In this document: positions 37,348-50,916 of the stretch, piece after piece
Numbering within the stretch: position 1 is the stretch's first letter
Layout: the number at the start of each line of letters is the position of its first letter
NCBI GenBank assembly: GCA_963812015.1
Contig: CAWETI010000003.1
Location: 96,001 to 160,000, forward strand
DNA: 64,000 nucleotides
Direction of reading: 5' to 3'
Source: an uncultured delta proteobacterium
Lineage (GTDB): Bacteria > Desulfobacterota > Desulfobaccia > Desulfobaccales > 0-14-0-80-60-11
Translations under genes and position numbers: made by a program
The notes under the pieces: model-generated
The model's database searches: none
Seen by the model: only the letters and a program-made list of their open reading frames with translations
Told to the model about the DNA's origin: nothing

Positions 37348-38517
37348 TCAGCCCAGCCGCTGCAGGCGGGACAGGGCTTCTTCGAGGCGTTCTTTGGGCA
37401 CCGTCAGGGCCAGGCGGACATAACCTTCTCCGGGCTGCCCTAGGCCGTTGCCGGGGATGGTGACGATCCCGGCCTTTTCCAGCAACTGGGTGGTGAAAGC
37501 CATGGAGGTGAGGCCCGGGGGCACCGTCAGCCAGACGTAGAAGGTGGCTTGGGGGGGCTCCGCGTCGTAGCCCAGTTTTTTTAGGCCGCTCACCAGCAGG
37601 TCCCGGCGTTCCTGGAGAATGGCGCAATTTTCCCGGACGCAGCTCTGGTCCGAATCCAGGGCGGCGATACCGGCAATCTGAATGGCATTGAACACTCCGG
37701 AGTCGATGTTGCTCTTGATCTTGCCCAGGGCGCTCAAAACCTCCCGGTTCCCCACCGCCATGCCCAGGCGCCAACCCGTCATGTTGTAGGTCTTGGAGAG
37801 GGAATGAAACTCGATGCCGATCTCTTTGGCCCCAGGGACCTCCAGAAAACTGGGGGGCTTGAAGCCGTCGTAGGCCAATTCGGTGTAGGCGGCGTCGTGA
37901 ACCGCCACAATGTTATATTCCCGGCAATAGTCCACCACCCGGGCAAAGAAATCTTTATCCGCCACCGCCGCGGTGGGGTTATTGGGATAGTTGAAAAAGA
38001 AGGCCTTGGCGTCCCGGGCCACCAGCGGCGGAATGGCCTTCAGGTCCGGCAGGAAGCGGTTCTCCCGGGTCAGGGGGAGAAAGTGGCAGTAGCCCCCGGC
38101 AAACAGGGTGCCCATCTGGTAAACCGGGTAGCCGGGGCTGGTCATGAGATTGATGTCCTCGGGGTTGTTGATCCCCAGGGGCAGGTGGGCGATGCCCTCC
38201 TTGGAGCCGATGAGGGTGAGGACTTCGCTCTCCGGGTCCAGGTCCACCCCAAACCGCCCCTGATACCAGCGAGCCACCGCTTCCCGGAAGAGGTTCATGC
38301 CGGAATAGGCCGGGTAGTGGTGGGTTTTCATATCATGGATCGCCTCTGCCATCTTCTGGACGATGAACAGAGGGGTGGGAAGATCCGGGTCTCCGACGCC
38401 CAGGTCGATGATATCCACCCCCCGGGCCTTGACCTCGGCCTTCTTATCGTCAATCTCTTTAAAGAGATACGGGGGAATCAACCCCAGGCGCGCCGCCGGT
38501 TCAAAAAACTGCGTCAT
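37348..38517 (-). CDS. dapL: LL-diaminopimelate aminotransferase
   Basis: PPYLF, LGVGDPD, GSKEG, NYPNNPT, SLSKTYNMTGWR; lies in the dap cluster. Confidence 0.88.
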   Translation of the reverse strand: MTQFFEPAARLGLIPPYLFKEIDDKKAEVKARGVDIIDLGVGDPDLPTPLFIVQKMAEAIHDMKTHHYPAYSGMNLFREAVARWYQGRFGVDLDPESEVLTLIGSKEGIAHLPLGINNPEDINLMTSPGYPVYQMGTLFAGGYCHFLPLTRENRFLPDLKAIPPLVARDAKAFFFNYPNNPTAAVADKDFFARVVDYCREYNIVAVHDAAYTELAYDGFKPPSFLEVPGAKEIGIEFHSLSKTYNMTGWRLGMAVGNREVLSALGKIKSNIDSGVFNAIQIAGIAALDSDQSCVRENCAILQERRDLLVSGLKKLGYDAEPPQATFYVWLTVPPGLTSMAFTTQLLEKAGIVTIPGNGLGQPGEGYVRLALTVPKERLEEALSRLQRLG

Positions 38518-39294
38518 TTAAGATGCCCTTTCTGCAATGAGACGATTTCGCAGGGTGCCGATACCCTCCACCTTAATCTCCACCAGGTCGCCGGGGGCCA
38601 TGGGACCGATCCCCGAGGGGGTGCCGGTGGCGATGACGTCCCCGGGTAGAAGGGTCATGATTCGGGAGATAAACGCCACCTGCGCGGCTACTCCGAAGAT
38701 CATGTTCCGGGTGTTGGAGTGCTGCCGGCGCTCCCCGTTCAGGTAAGCCTCCACCGTGAGGTTGTCCGGGTCGGGAATCTCGGTTTCGATCCAGGGACCC
38801 AGGGGGGCGAAGGTGTCGAAACTCTTGGACCGGGTGAACTGGCCGTCTTTTTTTTGTAAATCCCGGGCGGTGACGTCGTTGATGCAGGTAAACCCCAGGG
38901 CGTAGTCCCGGAAGTCCTGTTCCTTGATGTGGCGGCAGGTCCGCCCGATCACCACGGCCAGCTCGGCCTCGTAGTCCACCCGCCGGGACATGGCCGGATA
39001 CCTGATGTCCTCATCCGGGCCGATCACCGCGGTAGAGGGTTTAAGGAAGATTAACGGCTCCTCCGGGATGGGGTGTCCGAACTCGACGGCGTGGTCCCGG
39101 TAGTTCAGCCCCAGGGCCACGATCTTGCTGGGCTCACAGGGCGCCAACAGGGTGACCTCGGGCAGGGACACAACCTCTCCGGTGGTATTTGCCAAACCAC
39201 CGTCATAGGGAGTGCTCCATAAGACGGAGATTTTCTCCCCTTCCAGGATGCCGTAACCGGTCCGGCCCATCAATTCAAAACGTACGATTCGCAT
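38518..39294 (-). CDS. Fumarylacetoacetate hydrolase family protein
   Basis: KIVALGLNY, VDYEAELA, NDVTARD, KSFDTF, TGTP. Confidence 0.9.
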   Translation of the reverse strand: MRIVRFELMGRTGYGILEGEKISVLWSTPYDGGLANTTGEVVSLPEVTLLAPCEPSKIVALGLNYRDHAVEFGHPIPEEPLIFLKPSTAVIGPDEDIRYPAMSRRVDYEAELAVVIGRTCRHIKEQDFRDYALGFTCINDVTARDLQKKDGQFTRSKSFDTFAPLGPWIETEIPDPDNLTVEAYLNGERRQHSNTRNMIFGVAAQVAFISRIMTLLPGDVIATGTPSGIGPMAPGDLVEIKVEGIGTLRNRLIAERAS

Positions 39295-39332
39295 AATTTT
39301 CCCTAATTGATAATCTGAATCCCGTAAAAGCA

Positions 39333-39409
39333 TATCCCCCCTGCCCCCCTTTTTCAAAGGGGGGTAAAGGAAAGTCCCCCTTTAGCAAAGGGGGATTTAG
39401 GGGGATTTT
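39333..39409. repeat. CCCCC-TTT..AAAGGGGG palindromic repeat
   Basis: ATCCCCCC...AAAGGGGG...CCCCCTTTAGCAAAGGGGGATTTAGGGGGATTT; related copies at 42158-42205 and 17228-17268. Confidence 0.65.
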
Positions 39410-39453
39410 TGATTAACCATATTGATTTAACTATATTTTCAATGAGTTAGACG

Positions 39454-40257
39454 CTATTTCAGCCCCAACACATCCTGCATGTCGTACAGGCCCGGCGGCT
39501 GGGACACCACCCAGAGAGCCGCCCGGACCGCGCCCCGGGCGAAATTGTCCCGGCTGTGGGCCCGGTGGATGATCTCCAGCCGCTCCCCCATGCCGCCGAA
39601 CAGCACCGTGTGCTCCCCGACGATGTCCCCGGCCCTCACCGTCTGGATGCCGATCTCTTTCGCGGTCCGCGCCCCGATGATGCCGTGGCGGGCATACACC
39701 CCGGTCTTTTCCAAATCCCGGTCCAGGGCGTGGGCGATGACCTGCCCCAACTTGATGGCGGTGCCGCTGGGGGCGTCTTTCTTCAAGCGGTGGTGGGCCT
39801 CGACGATCTCCACGTCGTAGCCGTCCCCCAGCACCCGGGCGATGTCCGCCACCACTTTGAACATCAAGTTGACCCCGACGCTCATGTTGGGGGCGAATAC
39901 CAGATGAGCCCGTGAAGCCAGGGCGTGAATCTCGGCGATCTGGGGCGGGGAAAACCCCGTGGTCCCCAGCACCATGGCTTTATTGGCGTCGGCCACTTGC
40001 TTGAGATGGGCCAAGGACGGCTCGGGATGGGTGAACTCAATGACCACCTCCCCCTCGGGCAACACCTGGCCCAAGGAGTCCACCACCGTGACCCCCTTGG
40101 CGGGCAACCCCACGACCTCGCCTACATCTTTGCCCACCGCAGCATGCCCCGGCGACTCCACTGCCCCCACCAACCGGATGCCCGCCGCCGCCTCCATCAT
40201 GTGCACGATGCGGCCGCCCATGCGGCCGGCCACGCCGGTAACAATGGCTTTAACCAT
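39454..40257 (-). CDS. dapB: 4-hydroxy-tetrahydrodipicolinate reductase
   Basis: GVAGRMG, GTTG, PNMSVG, EAHHRLKKDAPSGTA. Confidence 0.95.
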   Translation of the reverse strand: MVKAIVTGVAGRMGGRIVHMMEAAAGIRLVGAVESPGHAAVGKDVGEVVGLPAKGVTVVDSLGQVLPEGEVVIEFTHPEPSLAHLKQVADANKAMVLGTTGFSPPQIAEIHALASRAHLVFAPNMSVGVNLMFKVVADIARVLGDGYDVEIVEAHHRLKKDAPSGTAIKLGQVIAHALDRDLEKTGVYARHGIIGARTAKEIGIQTVRAGDIVGEHTVLFGGMGERLEIIHRAHSRDNFARGAVRAALWVVSQPPGLYDMQDVLGLK

Positions 40258-40278
40258 AAAAGTCTCCGTTAGTTGGCC

Positions 40279-40397
40279 GGGGGAGGAGGCTAAGGGCTTT
40301 TTCATAAGTACCCTTACCCCCTCCCCCGGACCCCCTCCCCCAATCCCTTACAGGGGGCTGGGAGGGGAGTTTGAGGGGAGGGCGGGGGACTCGTCGT
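40279..40397. repeat. G/C-tract hairpin repeat family, copy C (inverted doublet)
   Basis: Hairpin, C-tail, G-tail, hairpin. Confidence 0.7.
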
Positions 40398-40419
40398 CCC
40401 CCGGCCCTCCCCTCAAGTC

Positions 40420-41292
40420 TTAAATCAGCCCGTATTTCTGCATCACCTGGCGCAGTTTGTCCTCGTTGGCCGCGGACATGGGGCACAAAGGCTGCCGCAC
40501 TTCGCCGGTGATTTTCCCCATCAGTTTCAGGGCGGTCTTGACCGGGGTGGGGTTGGTCTCGTAGAACATGGCTTCCGTCAGGGGCCACATCTTGTAATGG
40601 AGCGCCCTGGCTTTGGCCAGGTCCCCGGCGAAAAAGGCGTTGCACATGCCGGCCATGTCGGCGGGGACCGCGTTGGAGACCACGGAGATTACCCCCATAC
40701 CGCCCACGCACAGCAGCGGCAAAGTGGTGAAATCGTCGCCGGAGAGCACGATGATCTTGTCGCCGCACAGCTCCAGGGTCTTGGACCCCTGCTTCAGGTC
40801 GCCGGTGGCGTCCTTGAGGCCCACGATATTGGGAATCCCGGCCAGGCGGGCCATGGTTTCGGGCAGCAGGTTGAGGCTGGTGCGTCCCGGCACGTTATAG
40901 ACCACGATGGGAATCTTGGTCTGGGACGCCACGGTCTTATAGTGCTGATAGAGGCCTTCCTGGGTGGGCTTGTTGTAGTAAGGAGTGATCATCAGGGCCG
41001 CATCCGCGCCCGCCGCCTGGGCGTGCTGAGTCAGCTCCACGGCTTCGGCGGTATTGTTGGAGCCGGACCCGGCGATCACCACCACCCGTTTTTTCACCTG
41101 GTCGATGCAGGTTTCCACCACCCGCTTGTGCTCGGCGTGGGACAGGGTGGGAGATTCGCCGGTGGTGCCGCAGGGCACGATGCCGTGGATGCCTCCCTGA
41201 ATCTGGAACTCGATGAGTTCCCGGTAGGCGGCTTCGTCAAGCTGGCCGTTCTTGAAGGGAGTAACAATGGCGGTGATGGCTCCCTTGAACAT
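40420..41292 (-). CDS. dapA: 4-hydroxy-tetrahydrodipicolinate synthase
   Basis: GTTGE, PYYNKP, YNVPGRT, GLKDA. Confidence 0.96.
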   Translation of the reverse strand: MFKGAITAIVTPFKNGQLDEAAYRELIEFQIQGGIHGIVPCGTTGESPTLSHAEHKRVVETCIDQVKKRVVVIAGSGSNNTAEAVELTQHAQAAGADAALMITPYYNKPTQEGLYQHYKTVASQTKIPIVVYNVPGRTSLNLLPETMARLAGIPNIVGLKDATGDLKQGSKTLELCGDKIIVLSGDDFTTLPLLCVGGMGVISVVSNAVPADMAGMCNAFFAGDLAKARALHYKMWPLTEAMFYETNPTPVKTALKLMGKITGEVRQPLCPMSAANEDKLRQVMQKYGLI

Positions 41293-41304
41293 GATGCTAC
41301 CTCC

Positions 41305-42144
41305 TTACTTAAGTTCGTCGACCCACAGTTCTCCCTGGTAGGCCACCAGGGCGTCGCCTTCCAGGAAGACCTCGGTAAAGGCCTCCCCTTGGGGCGTGAA
41401 ATACACGGTCAGGGCCTCGCCGCCCCGGGTGTGGACGGTCACCGGGGAGACCACTTGCCCCAGGCGGGCGGCGATGAGGGACGAAGCCACCGCGCCGGTG
41501 CCGCAGGCCAGGGTTTCGTCCTCCACCCCCCGCTCATAGGTGCGAATCCTGAGGGCCTGGGGGCCTTCAACCCGGATGAAATTGACGTTGGTGCCCGCCG
41601 GGGCAAACAAAGCATGGAAGCGGACCGCCCGGCCCCAGCCGGTGACGGGCGCGGCCTCCAGGTCAGCCACCGGCACGGCCACGTGGGGCACGCCCACCTT
41701 CAGGAAATGGCCCAGAAGGGTTGTTTCCTCCAGAGGAATGTCTTGCCCCAGGATGCAATTACCCACCCCGGCCATGAGCAGCTTGACCCGGCGGTCCCGG
41801 ACTTCGGCCTTAATGGTGCCGGCCAGAGTTTCAAAGGACAGGTCGGCCGGGGCGATGCCCTTCAGGACCGCGAAGCGGGCGGCGCAGCGCCCGCCGTTGC
41901 CGCACATCTCGGGCTCGGAGCCGTCGGCGTTATAAAAGCGCCAGCGAAAATTCGCGGTGGGCGAGGCCTCGATGAGGATGAGGCCGTCGGCCCCCGCGCC
42001 CAACTGGCGATGGCAGACCCGGCGGGCAAATTGCGGCTGTTCGGCCTCGGGGATGAAGCCCTCCCGGTGGTCGATGAGCACGAAATCGTTGCCGCCGCCG
42101 TGCATCTTATAAAAGGGTATTCGTTGTCTGGTGTCCGTAGTCAT
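41305..42144 (-). CDS. dapF: Diaminopimelate epimerase
   Basis: KMHGGGNDF, EMCGNG, ERGVEDETLACGTG. Confidence 0.95.
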   Translation of the reverse strand: MTTDTRQRIPFYKMHGGGNDFVLIDHREGFIPEAEQPQFARRVCHRQLGAGADGLILIEASPTANFRWRFYNADGSEPEMCGNGGRCAARFAVLKGIAPADLSFETLAGTIKAEVRDRRVKLLMAGVGNCILGQDIPLEETTLLGHFLKVGVPHVAVPVADLEAAPVTGWGRAVRFHALFAPAGTNVNFIRVEGPQALRIRTYERGVEDETLACGTGAVASSLIAARLGQVVSPVTVHTRGGEALTVYFTPQGEAFTEVFLEGDALVAYQGELWVDELK

Positions 42145-42286
42145 AAGGCCAGGCTTAAAAATCCCCCCTGATCCCCCTTTGGTAAAGGGGGATTTAGGGG
42201 GATTATTGTTCTGTTTAATAACCTTAAACTGGTTCCCAAGCTCTTGCTTGGGAACGAAAATTTTAGTCCAAGCTCTGCTTGGACAC

Positions 42287-43543
42287 CTATTTCAAGAAAT
42301 CCGGGATGGACTCCCCCCAGGTAAGCTGGCGGTAAGTCTCCCGTTTTCTGATAACATAAAAATCCTGATCCTGCACCAAGATTTCGGCCACCCGGGGCCG
42401 GGCGTTATAGTTGGAACTCATGGAAAAGCCGTAGGCCCCGGCGCTCATCACCGCCACCATCTCCCCGGGCTGAAATGCGGGCATGAGGCGATCCTTGGCC
42501 AGGAAATCCCCGGTCTCACAGATGGGGCCCACGATGGAGGCCTTCACTTGGGGATGGGTCCCCTCCACCACCGGCCAGAGGCCGTGATACGAGCCATAGA
42601 GGCTGGGGCGGGCCAGGTCGTTCATGCCGGCGTCCACGATGATGAAATGCTTGGTGTCGCCGGCCTTGGTATAGAGCACCTTGGTCACCAGGATACCAGC
42701 GTTGCCCACCAGCACCCGCCCGGGCTCCAGGATGAGGGTGCATTTAAGGCCCTTGAGGTGGGCCAGGATTTGCTGACCATATTCATCCGGGTGCGGCGGC
42801 GCTTCCTGATCGTATTGAATCCCCAGGCCGCCGCCCAGGTCCAGGTAGCGGATCTGAATGTTCAGGGCCCGGAGGCGGTCGATCAACTCTTTCAGGCGCT
42901 CCAGGGCGTCCACAAAGGGCGACACCTGGGTGATCTGGGAGCCGATGTGGCAGGCCACCCCCACCACTTCCAGATGCGGCAGGTCCCGGGCCCGGCGATA
43001 GTCCTCCAGGGCCTGCTCGAGGTCGATGCCGAACTTGTTCTTTTTGAGCCCGGTGGAGATGTAAGGATGGGTTTGGGCATCGATGTCCGGGTTGATCCGT
43101 AAAGCCACCCTGGCTTTGAGCTTCAGGTGGCCGGCGATGCGGTTGACGGCCTCCAGCTCCTGGGAGGACTCCAGGTTGAACAGCAGGATGTTCGCCTTGA
43201 GGGCCGCTTTGATCTCTTCCGGCTTTTTCCCCACCCCGGAATAGACGATCTGGCCCGGGTCCACCCCGGCCTGCAAGGTCCGGTAAAGTTCGCCCCCGGA
43301 AACGATGTCGGCCCCGGCCCCCAGCCGGGCAAAGAGCCTCAAAATGGCCAGGTTGGCGTTGGCTTTCACCGCGAAACAGACGATATGGGGAAAGTCGGCG
43401 AAGGCGGCGTTAAAGACCCCGTAGTGATGGGTCAGGGTCCCGGCGCTATACAGGTAAAACGGTGTGCCCACCTTTTTGGCAATCCGGCGCACCGGCACGT
43501 TTTCGCAGTAGAGTTCACCTGCCTGGTAATGGAAGTGATGCAT
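42287..43543 (-). CDS. lysA: Diaminopimelate decarboxylase
   Basis: FAVKAN, HIGSQ, EPGR, GPICETGD, GAYG. Confidence 0.96.
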   Translation of the reverse strand: MHHFHYQAGELYCENVPVRRIAKKVGTPFYLYSAGTLTHHYGVFNAAFADFPHIVCFAVKANANLAILRLFARLGAGADIVSGGELYRTLQAGVDPGQIVYSGVGKKPEEIKAALKANILLFNLESSQELEAVNRIAGHLKLKARVALRINPDIDAQTHPYISTGLKKNKFGIDLEQALEDYRRARDLPHLEVVGVACHIGSQITQVSPFVDALERLKELIDRLRALNIQIRYLDLGGGLGIQYDQEAPPHPDEYGQQILAHLKGLKCTLILEPGRVLVGNAGILVTKVLYTKAGDTKHFIIVDAGMNDLARPSLYGSYHGLWPVVEGTHPQVKASIVGPICETGDFLAKDRLMPAFQPGEMVAVMSAGAYGFSMSSNYNARPRVAEILVQDQDFYVIRKRETYRQLTWGESIPDFLK

Positions 43544-43700
43544 TGACTCCAGCCTTTCGAGAATGAGCTATCAGCGTTCAGCTTATTTCCTTATTGCCAA
43601 GCTCCTGCCCTGCAAAGTTATTGCGGCGTGCAGCTTACGCACCGTTTCATCTCGCCCCCCAGTTTGGCTTGGAAACCGGGAGAAAATAAGTTACCCGGCC

Positions 43701-43728
43701 GTAGGGGCGGTGCGCTCACCGGCCCTAC
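43701..43728. repeat. REP-like palindrome
   Basis: GTAGGGGCGGTG-cgct-CACCGGCCCTAC; others at 33473, 49871, 54662, 55260, 63866. Confidence 0.6.
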
Positions 43729-43744
43729 CGGAGCAACGCGGCAA

Positions 43745-44918
43745 TCAGTAAGTTACTGGCATCGTCTCCGACGGCATACTTTCGTTGGCCCGGGGGGAGT
43801 CGTCCACCGCAGTCACATAGTAATGGTACGTCTGGCCCCGGTTCACCTGGGCGTCCACGAAATAGGGCTTGGTGATCAACTCCTGGGTGAGCCGGGTGTA
43901 TTTCTCTTCCCCGGTGGTCCGCCGGTAGACCCGGTAGCCGGCCACATCCGGGGCCGGGCTGGGCTCCCACCGGACTTCCACTCCCTGGGAGGTGGCCACC
44001 GCCAGGACGTTCAGCACCGGGGGCGGCGGGGTCCGTTTCTCGGGCATGGCCATCTGGGTGGGGGAATCCTGGCTGGTCAGCAAATCCTCTCCTAAGAGCC
44101 GCACCGCCACCACTTTATAAGTATATTCCACATCGTTAAGCACCGCCACGTCCTCAAAACTATTCTGGGGTATGGTCGAGGGCGTGACGCGAATCCAGCG
44201 CCCCGTCCCGGAGAGGCGGTAGATGACATACCCCGCCAGGTCCCGGACGGGGGAGCCGTCTTGCAAGGCGGTCACCGGACTCCAGGAGAGGGACACGATC
44301 TTGTCCCCGGGGACGGCCTTGAGTTGCCCCGGGGCCCGGGGCAGCCAGCCCCAGGCTTGGCTCAGGGTCTTGGACCAGCCCCCCAGGTAGCCGCCCTGGT
44401 CGTAGGCCGCCACCCGGTAGTAATAGCGGTGGTCCGGCACCAGCTCCCGGTCCCGGAACAGCATGGCTTCGCCCTTCACCTCCCCCCGCTGGGGGTAGGC
44501 CAGGTCGATGTCGGCATATAAGACATAATCAGAAGGCATAAGGGCCTCCGGCGACAGCCCCCGGACCGCGGCCCGGTAGACCCGGCAGCCCTGGACCTGG
44601 GTCAAGGGCTGGCCCAGGAGGTTGACCCGGGGCAACAGCCAGCTCACCACCAGACTGTCCCCTTCCTGGGTCAAGCGAAACTCCCGCACCGGCGCCGGTA
44701 ATACTCGATCCGGGGCATACGGCGTCAACTTCTTGCCGCAGGCGGCCGCCAGGAGCAAGAGGCAGAGGAGAAGAGGAAGCAGGATGTGGGGGAGGGCCAG
44801 GGAGGGCAACTCCCTGCCCTCCCCCACGCCCCCTCCCAACCCGGTAAGGGGTTGGGGATGGGGGGTTGGGGTAAGGGGTAAGGGCTTGCCGCCCTTAGCC
44901 CCCTCCCCCAAGTAATCT

Positions 44919-44935
<17 letters not shown>
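43745..44935 (-). CDS. Fibronectin type III repeat lipoprotein
   Basis: LAAAC lipobox, three FN3-like modules (W..P, GYRVYR, YYYRV.A); start uncertain (ATG 44935 or GTG 44827). Confidence 0.78.
44787..44910. repeat. G/C-tract hairpin repeat family, copy D (doublet, inside a CDS 5' end)
   Basis: Same architecture as copy C; open in frame with the FN3 lipoprotein. Confidence 0.7.
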
Positions 44936-46319
<1,384 letters not shown>

Positions 46320-46376
46320 AGGTTCTTCCTTGCTAACTGGTTAGCGACTGCGGTCTAAATAGTATGCCCCGGACCT

Positions 46377-47027
46377 TCAGGGCTTAAAGGATTGTAATTC
46401 AAAGGTCCGGCTTTCCGAGGATATGGTCCCCTCTTTGGATTTTGTCTTGATGATGACCGTGCTCTTGACTACGCCTACCTTGGGGGCAGACCATTCGTTC
46501 CCCAGCACGGCAACGCCGGCATCATTTTCGCCCACCTGTCGAATCTTCAAGCAATCCTTGAAGGTGCCGGCCGGCACCTTAACCTCATCTGATACACTGT
46601 CAATGGTAAGGTTGACGTTTACAGAGGTATTGCCCACTTTGGTGGTCATATTCCAGCTATCTCGTCCGGTGATGGGAAACTTAAGATGGCATTCTTTGGG
46701 GGTAACAACCGTTGGCGGCGAATTTTCGGCGGGCTGCTCCGCAAAGCGGTAGATCCCGGTATCAGTCTTTTCCATGAACTCAATAAAGGTCCGCCCGCCA
46801 GTCTCCCATTTCCGTGGCGTTACTTCCACTCCATTCACTTTGCGTGGGGCAAGATTGGTAATGATTAATTTTTGCGGTTGGCTGTGGTCCGTGGTCACAT
46901 TATACTCCCACCGCATGCCTTCTTTGAGGGGATAATAGGACTCGCTCAGTTCGTCGCACCGGGCATTGCCCGGCATGAAAAGAGCACTGGCGAAGATCAA
47001 CGCAACAACGATACCTGTAGTTCTCAT
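46377..47027 (-). CDS. Secreted hypothetical protein
   Basis: Signal peptide; YYPLKEGMRWEY, VKVPAGTFKDC, W.APKVGVVK. Confidence 0.7.
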   Translation of the reverse strand: MRTTGIVVALIFASALFMPGNARCDELSESYYPLKEGMRWEYNVTTDHSQPQKLIITNLAPRKVNGVEVTPRKWETGGRTFIEFMEKTDTGIYRFAEQPAENSPPTVVTPKECHLKFPITGRDSWNMTTKVGNTSVNVNLTIDSVSDEVKVPAGTFKDCLKIRQVGENDAGVAVLGNEWSAPKVGVVKSTVIIKTKSKEGTISSESRTFELQSFKP

Positions 47028-47049
47028 GGCTACCTCATGTAATCAATGG

Positions 47050-47532
47050 TCAGTCGTTCTTAGCCCATGGCGGCCAGGATGCCCTGAGCCCCACCCGGCG
47101 CACCGGCAGTTTGGCGCCGCAGGCCGTACAGGCGCCTTGGGCCAGGTCGGCGTGGCTGGCCAGTTTTTGGAGATGGCCGCAGTGGGCGCAACGCACCACC
47201 GGGCGGTAATTGATCCAGCCGTGATCCTTCCAGAAGCGCCAGGTGCCGTATTTCCAGCGGTAAAGGATCACCGTGTACAGGCAGCTCAGCCCCACCAGGT
47301 GCGCGGCGGAGATATAAAAGGCCCGCCAGGAAATCAGCACCGTGATGCCCATGACCATGAGGAGGCGGGACGCCAGGCGCCATGATTTGTTCCAGATGTA
47401 GGGGTCCGCCAGGGTCCAGGGCAGCCGCACCCCGAACCAGAGGTTGGGACCGGGCCGCCAGAACACCATGAGCAGACCCATGGCCCAACACAATCCCGAA
47501 ACCAGGTAGCGCAGTGAACCGGACCTCCACAC
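47050..47532 (-). CDS. SdpI-family membrane protein with C-terminal zinc ribbon
   Basis: PNLWFGVRLPWTL.D..IW; CAHC...CTAC; start uncertain. Confidence 0.7.
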   Translation of the reverse strand: MWRSGSLRYLVSGLCWAMGLLMVFWRPGPNLWFGVRLPWTLADPYIWNKSWRLASRLLMVMGITVLISWRAFYISAAHLVGLSCLYTVILYRWKYGTWRFWKDHGWINYRPVVRCAHCGHLQKLASHADLAQGACTACGAKLPVRRVGLRASWPPWAKND

Positions 47533-47696
47533 CGTTCCCGCCCCCCACCCGGCGGTGGGGGACGGAAACTCCGAGTTGCCTTACGAGACGCCGGCGGTTA
47601 ACCGGCGCCTGCCCGCCTGCCAAGCTCTCGGCCAGCACCGGCGGCAAGCCGGCGTCCAGCTTTTTATCAGGGGCGGGGCGGGCCCGGCCCACCCTC

Positions 47697-48146
47697 CTAA
47701 AACTGTCCCTCAATCGTTTGGCTTCGGCAGACCTGGCCGCAAGCCTCGCAGATGGCCGCCGGCAAGTGCGTGTCGTCCGGAAGCTTCTGAATATGGCCAC
47801 AGTGGAGGCAACGCACCACGGGATGGTAAGCGATCCAGCCGATATCCTTCCAGACCTGCAAGGTGCCATATTTTTGCCAATAAAGATAGAGGGGATACAC
47901 CATGCTGATAATGAAGAACAGCGCCAAAAAAATAATGAAAGCTATCGTAGAAATCAGCACCGCCACGGCTATTACCAGACAGAACAGCCCGGCAATCACC
48001 CAGGAGGTTTCCCAAATCTCCCGGTCGGCGAAGGTCCAGGGCAGCCGCACCCCGATCCACCATCTCGGGCCGGGCCGCCAGAGCAGGAGCAGGCAACTCA
48101 ATATCCCGAAAACCGCCGCCAGGAAATAGGTGAGACTTGGCGTCAT
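47697..48146 (-). CDS. SdpI-family membrane protein with C-terminal zinc ribbon (tandem paralogue)
   Basis: WIGVRLPWTFADREIW; CLHC...CEAC. Confidence 0.7.
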   Translation of the reverse strand: MTPSLTYFLAAVFGILSCLLLLWRPGPRWWIGVRLPWTFADREIWETSWVIAGLFCLVIAVAVLISTIAFIIFLALFFIISMVYPLYLYWQKYGTLQVWKDIGWIAYHPVVRCLHCGHIQKLPDDTHLPAAICEACGQVCRSQTIEGQF

Positions 48147-48231
48147 AGCTTTTCCCCTCCAGACCCCTTGGATTTGGCTGCCTGTGGTGATGCGGCCCCT
48201 GCTCCTTTACCCTGGGGAGCGGGGTCGTTCC

Positions 48232-49434
<1,203 letters not shown>

Positions 49435-49491
49435 GTTATGCCATCCTGAATTGATCGAGTTATGGTCGCAAGGGCGGGGATCATCCCCCTC

Positions 49492-49854
49492 TTAGTCAAA
49501 CATTAGGGTTCTTTTATAGTGTAGCGTTAGATTGCCGCATTGCGGACAGGGAATTTGGGTAATTTGGGAGCCGTCATAAATTGGCCGGATCGGTTCCTTA
49601 GATCCCGGGCAATAATGGGTTTTCCGGTAATCGTCCCAGCTTTTGAGTTCTATGCGGACAAATTGCTTGGTGGATCGGCAGTAGCCCGTCAGCGAGGGTG
49701 ATTTCATACCGCCGCCTATGGTCAGGTCTTGTTGATAACCGCAGCCGGGGGTGGCGCAGGAAACCGTCCCTTTTTCTCCTGCCGCCGCCGTGGCAACCCA
49801 GAGTACCAGACCCAAAAATATGGAGAGAATAACTAACTTGCTGGCAGTTTTCAT
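49492..49854 (-). CDS. Secreted Cys-rich small protein
   Basis: Signal peptide; six Cys including CPQC. Confidence 0.6.
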   Translation of the reverse strand: MKTASKLVILSIFLGLVLWVATAAAGEKGTVSCATPGCGYQQDLTIGGGMKSPSLTGYCRSTKQFVRIELKSWDDYRKTHYCPGSKEPIRPIYDGSQITQIPCPQCGNLTLHYKRTLMFD

Positions 49855-49926
49855 CAGCGCCTTATTTTACGGCGGGTAGTGCCCGCCCTACATTTGGCAC
49901 AGGCGGGACGCCTGTGCCACCACAAT

Positions 49927-49994
49927 CTTATGGGATTGGGGATGGGGGTTTGGGGGAAGGGGTAAGGGCGTCCGCCCTTAGCCCCTTCCCCCAA
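49927..49994. repeat. G/C-tract hairpin repeat family, copy E
   Basis: GGGATTGGGGATGGGGGTTTGGGGGAAGGGGTAAGGGCG-tc-CGCCCTTAGCCCCTTCCCCCAA; adjacent REP units at 49871-49921. Confidence 0.75.
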
Positions 49995-50007
49995 AATTCC
50001 TCTCACC

Positions 50008-50912
<905 letters not shown>

Positions 50913-50916
<4 letters not shown>

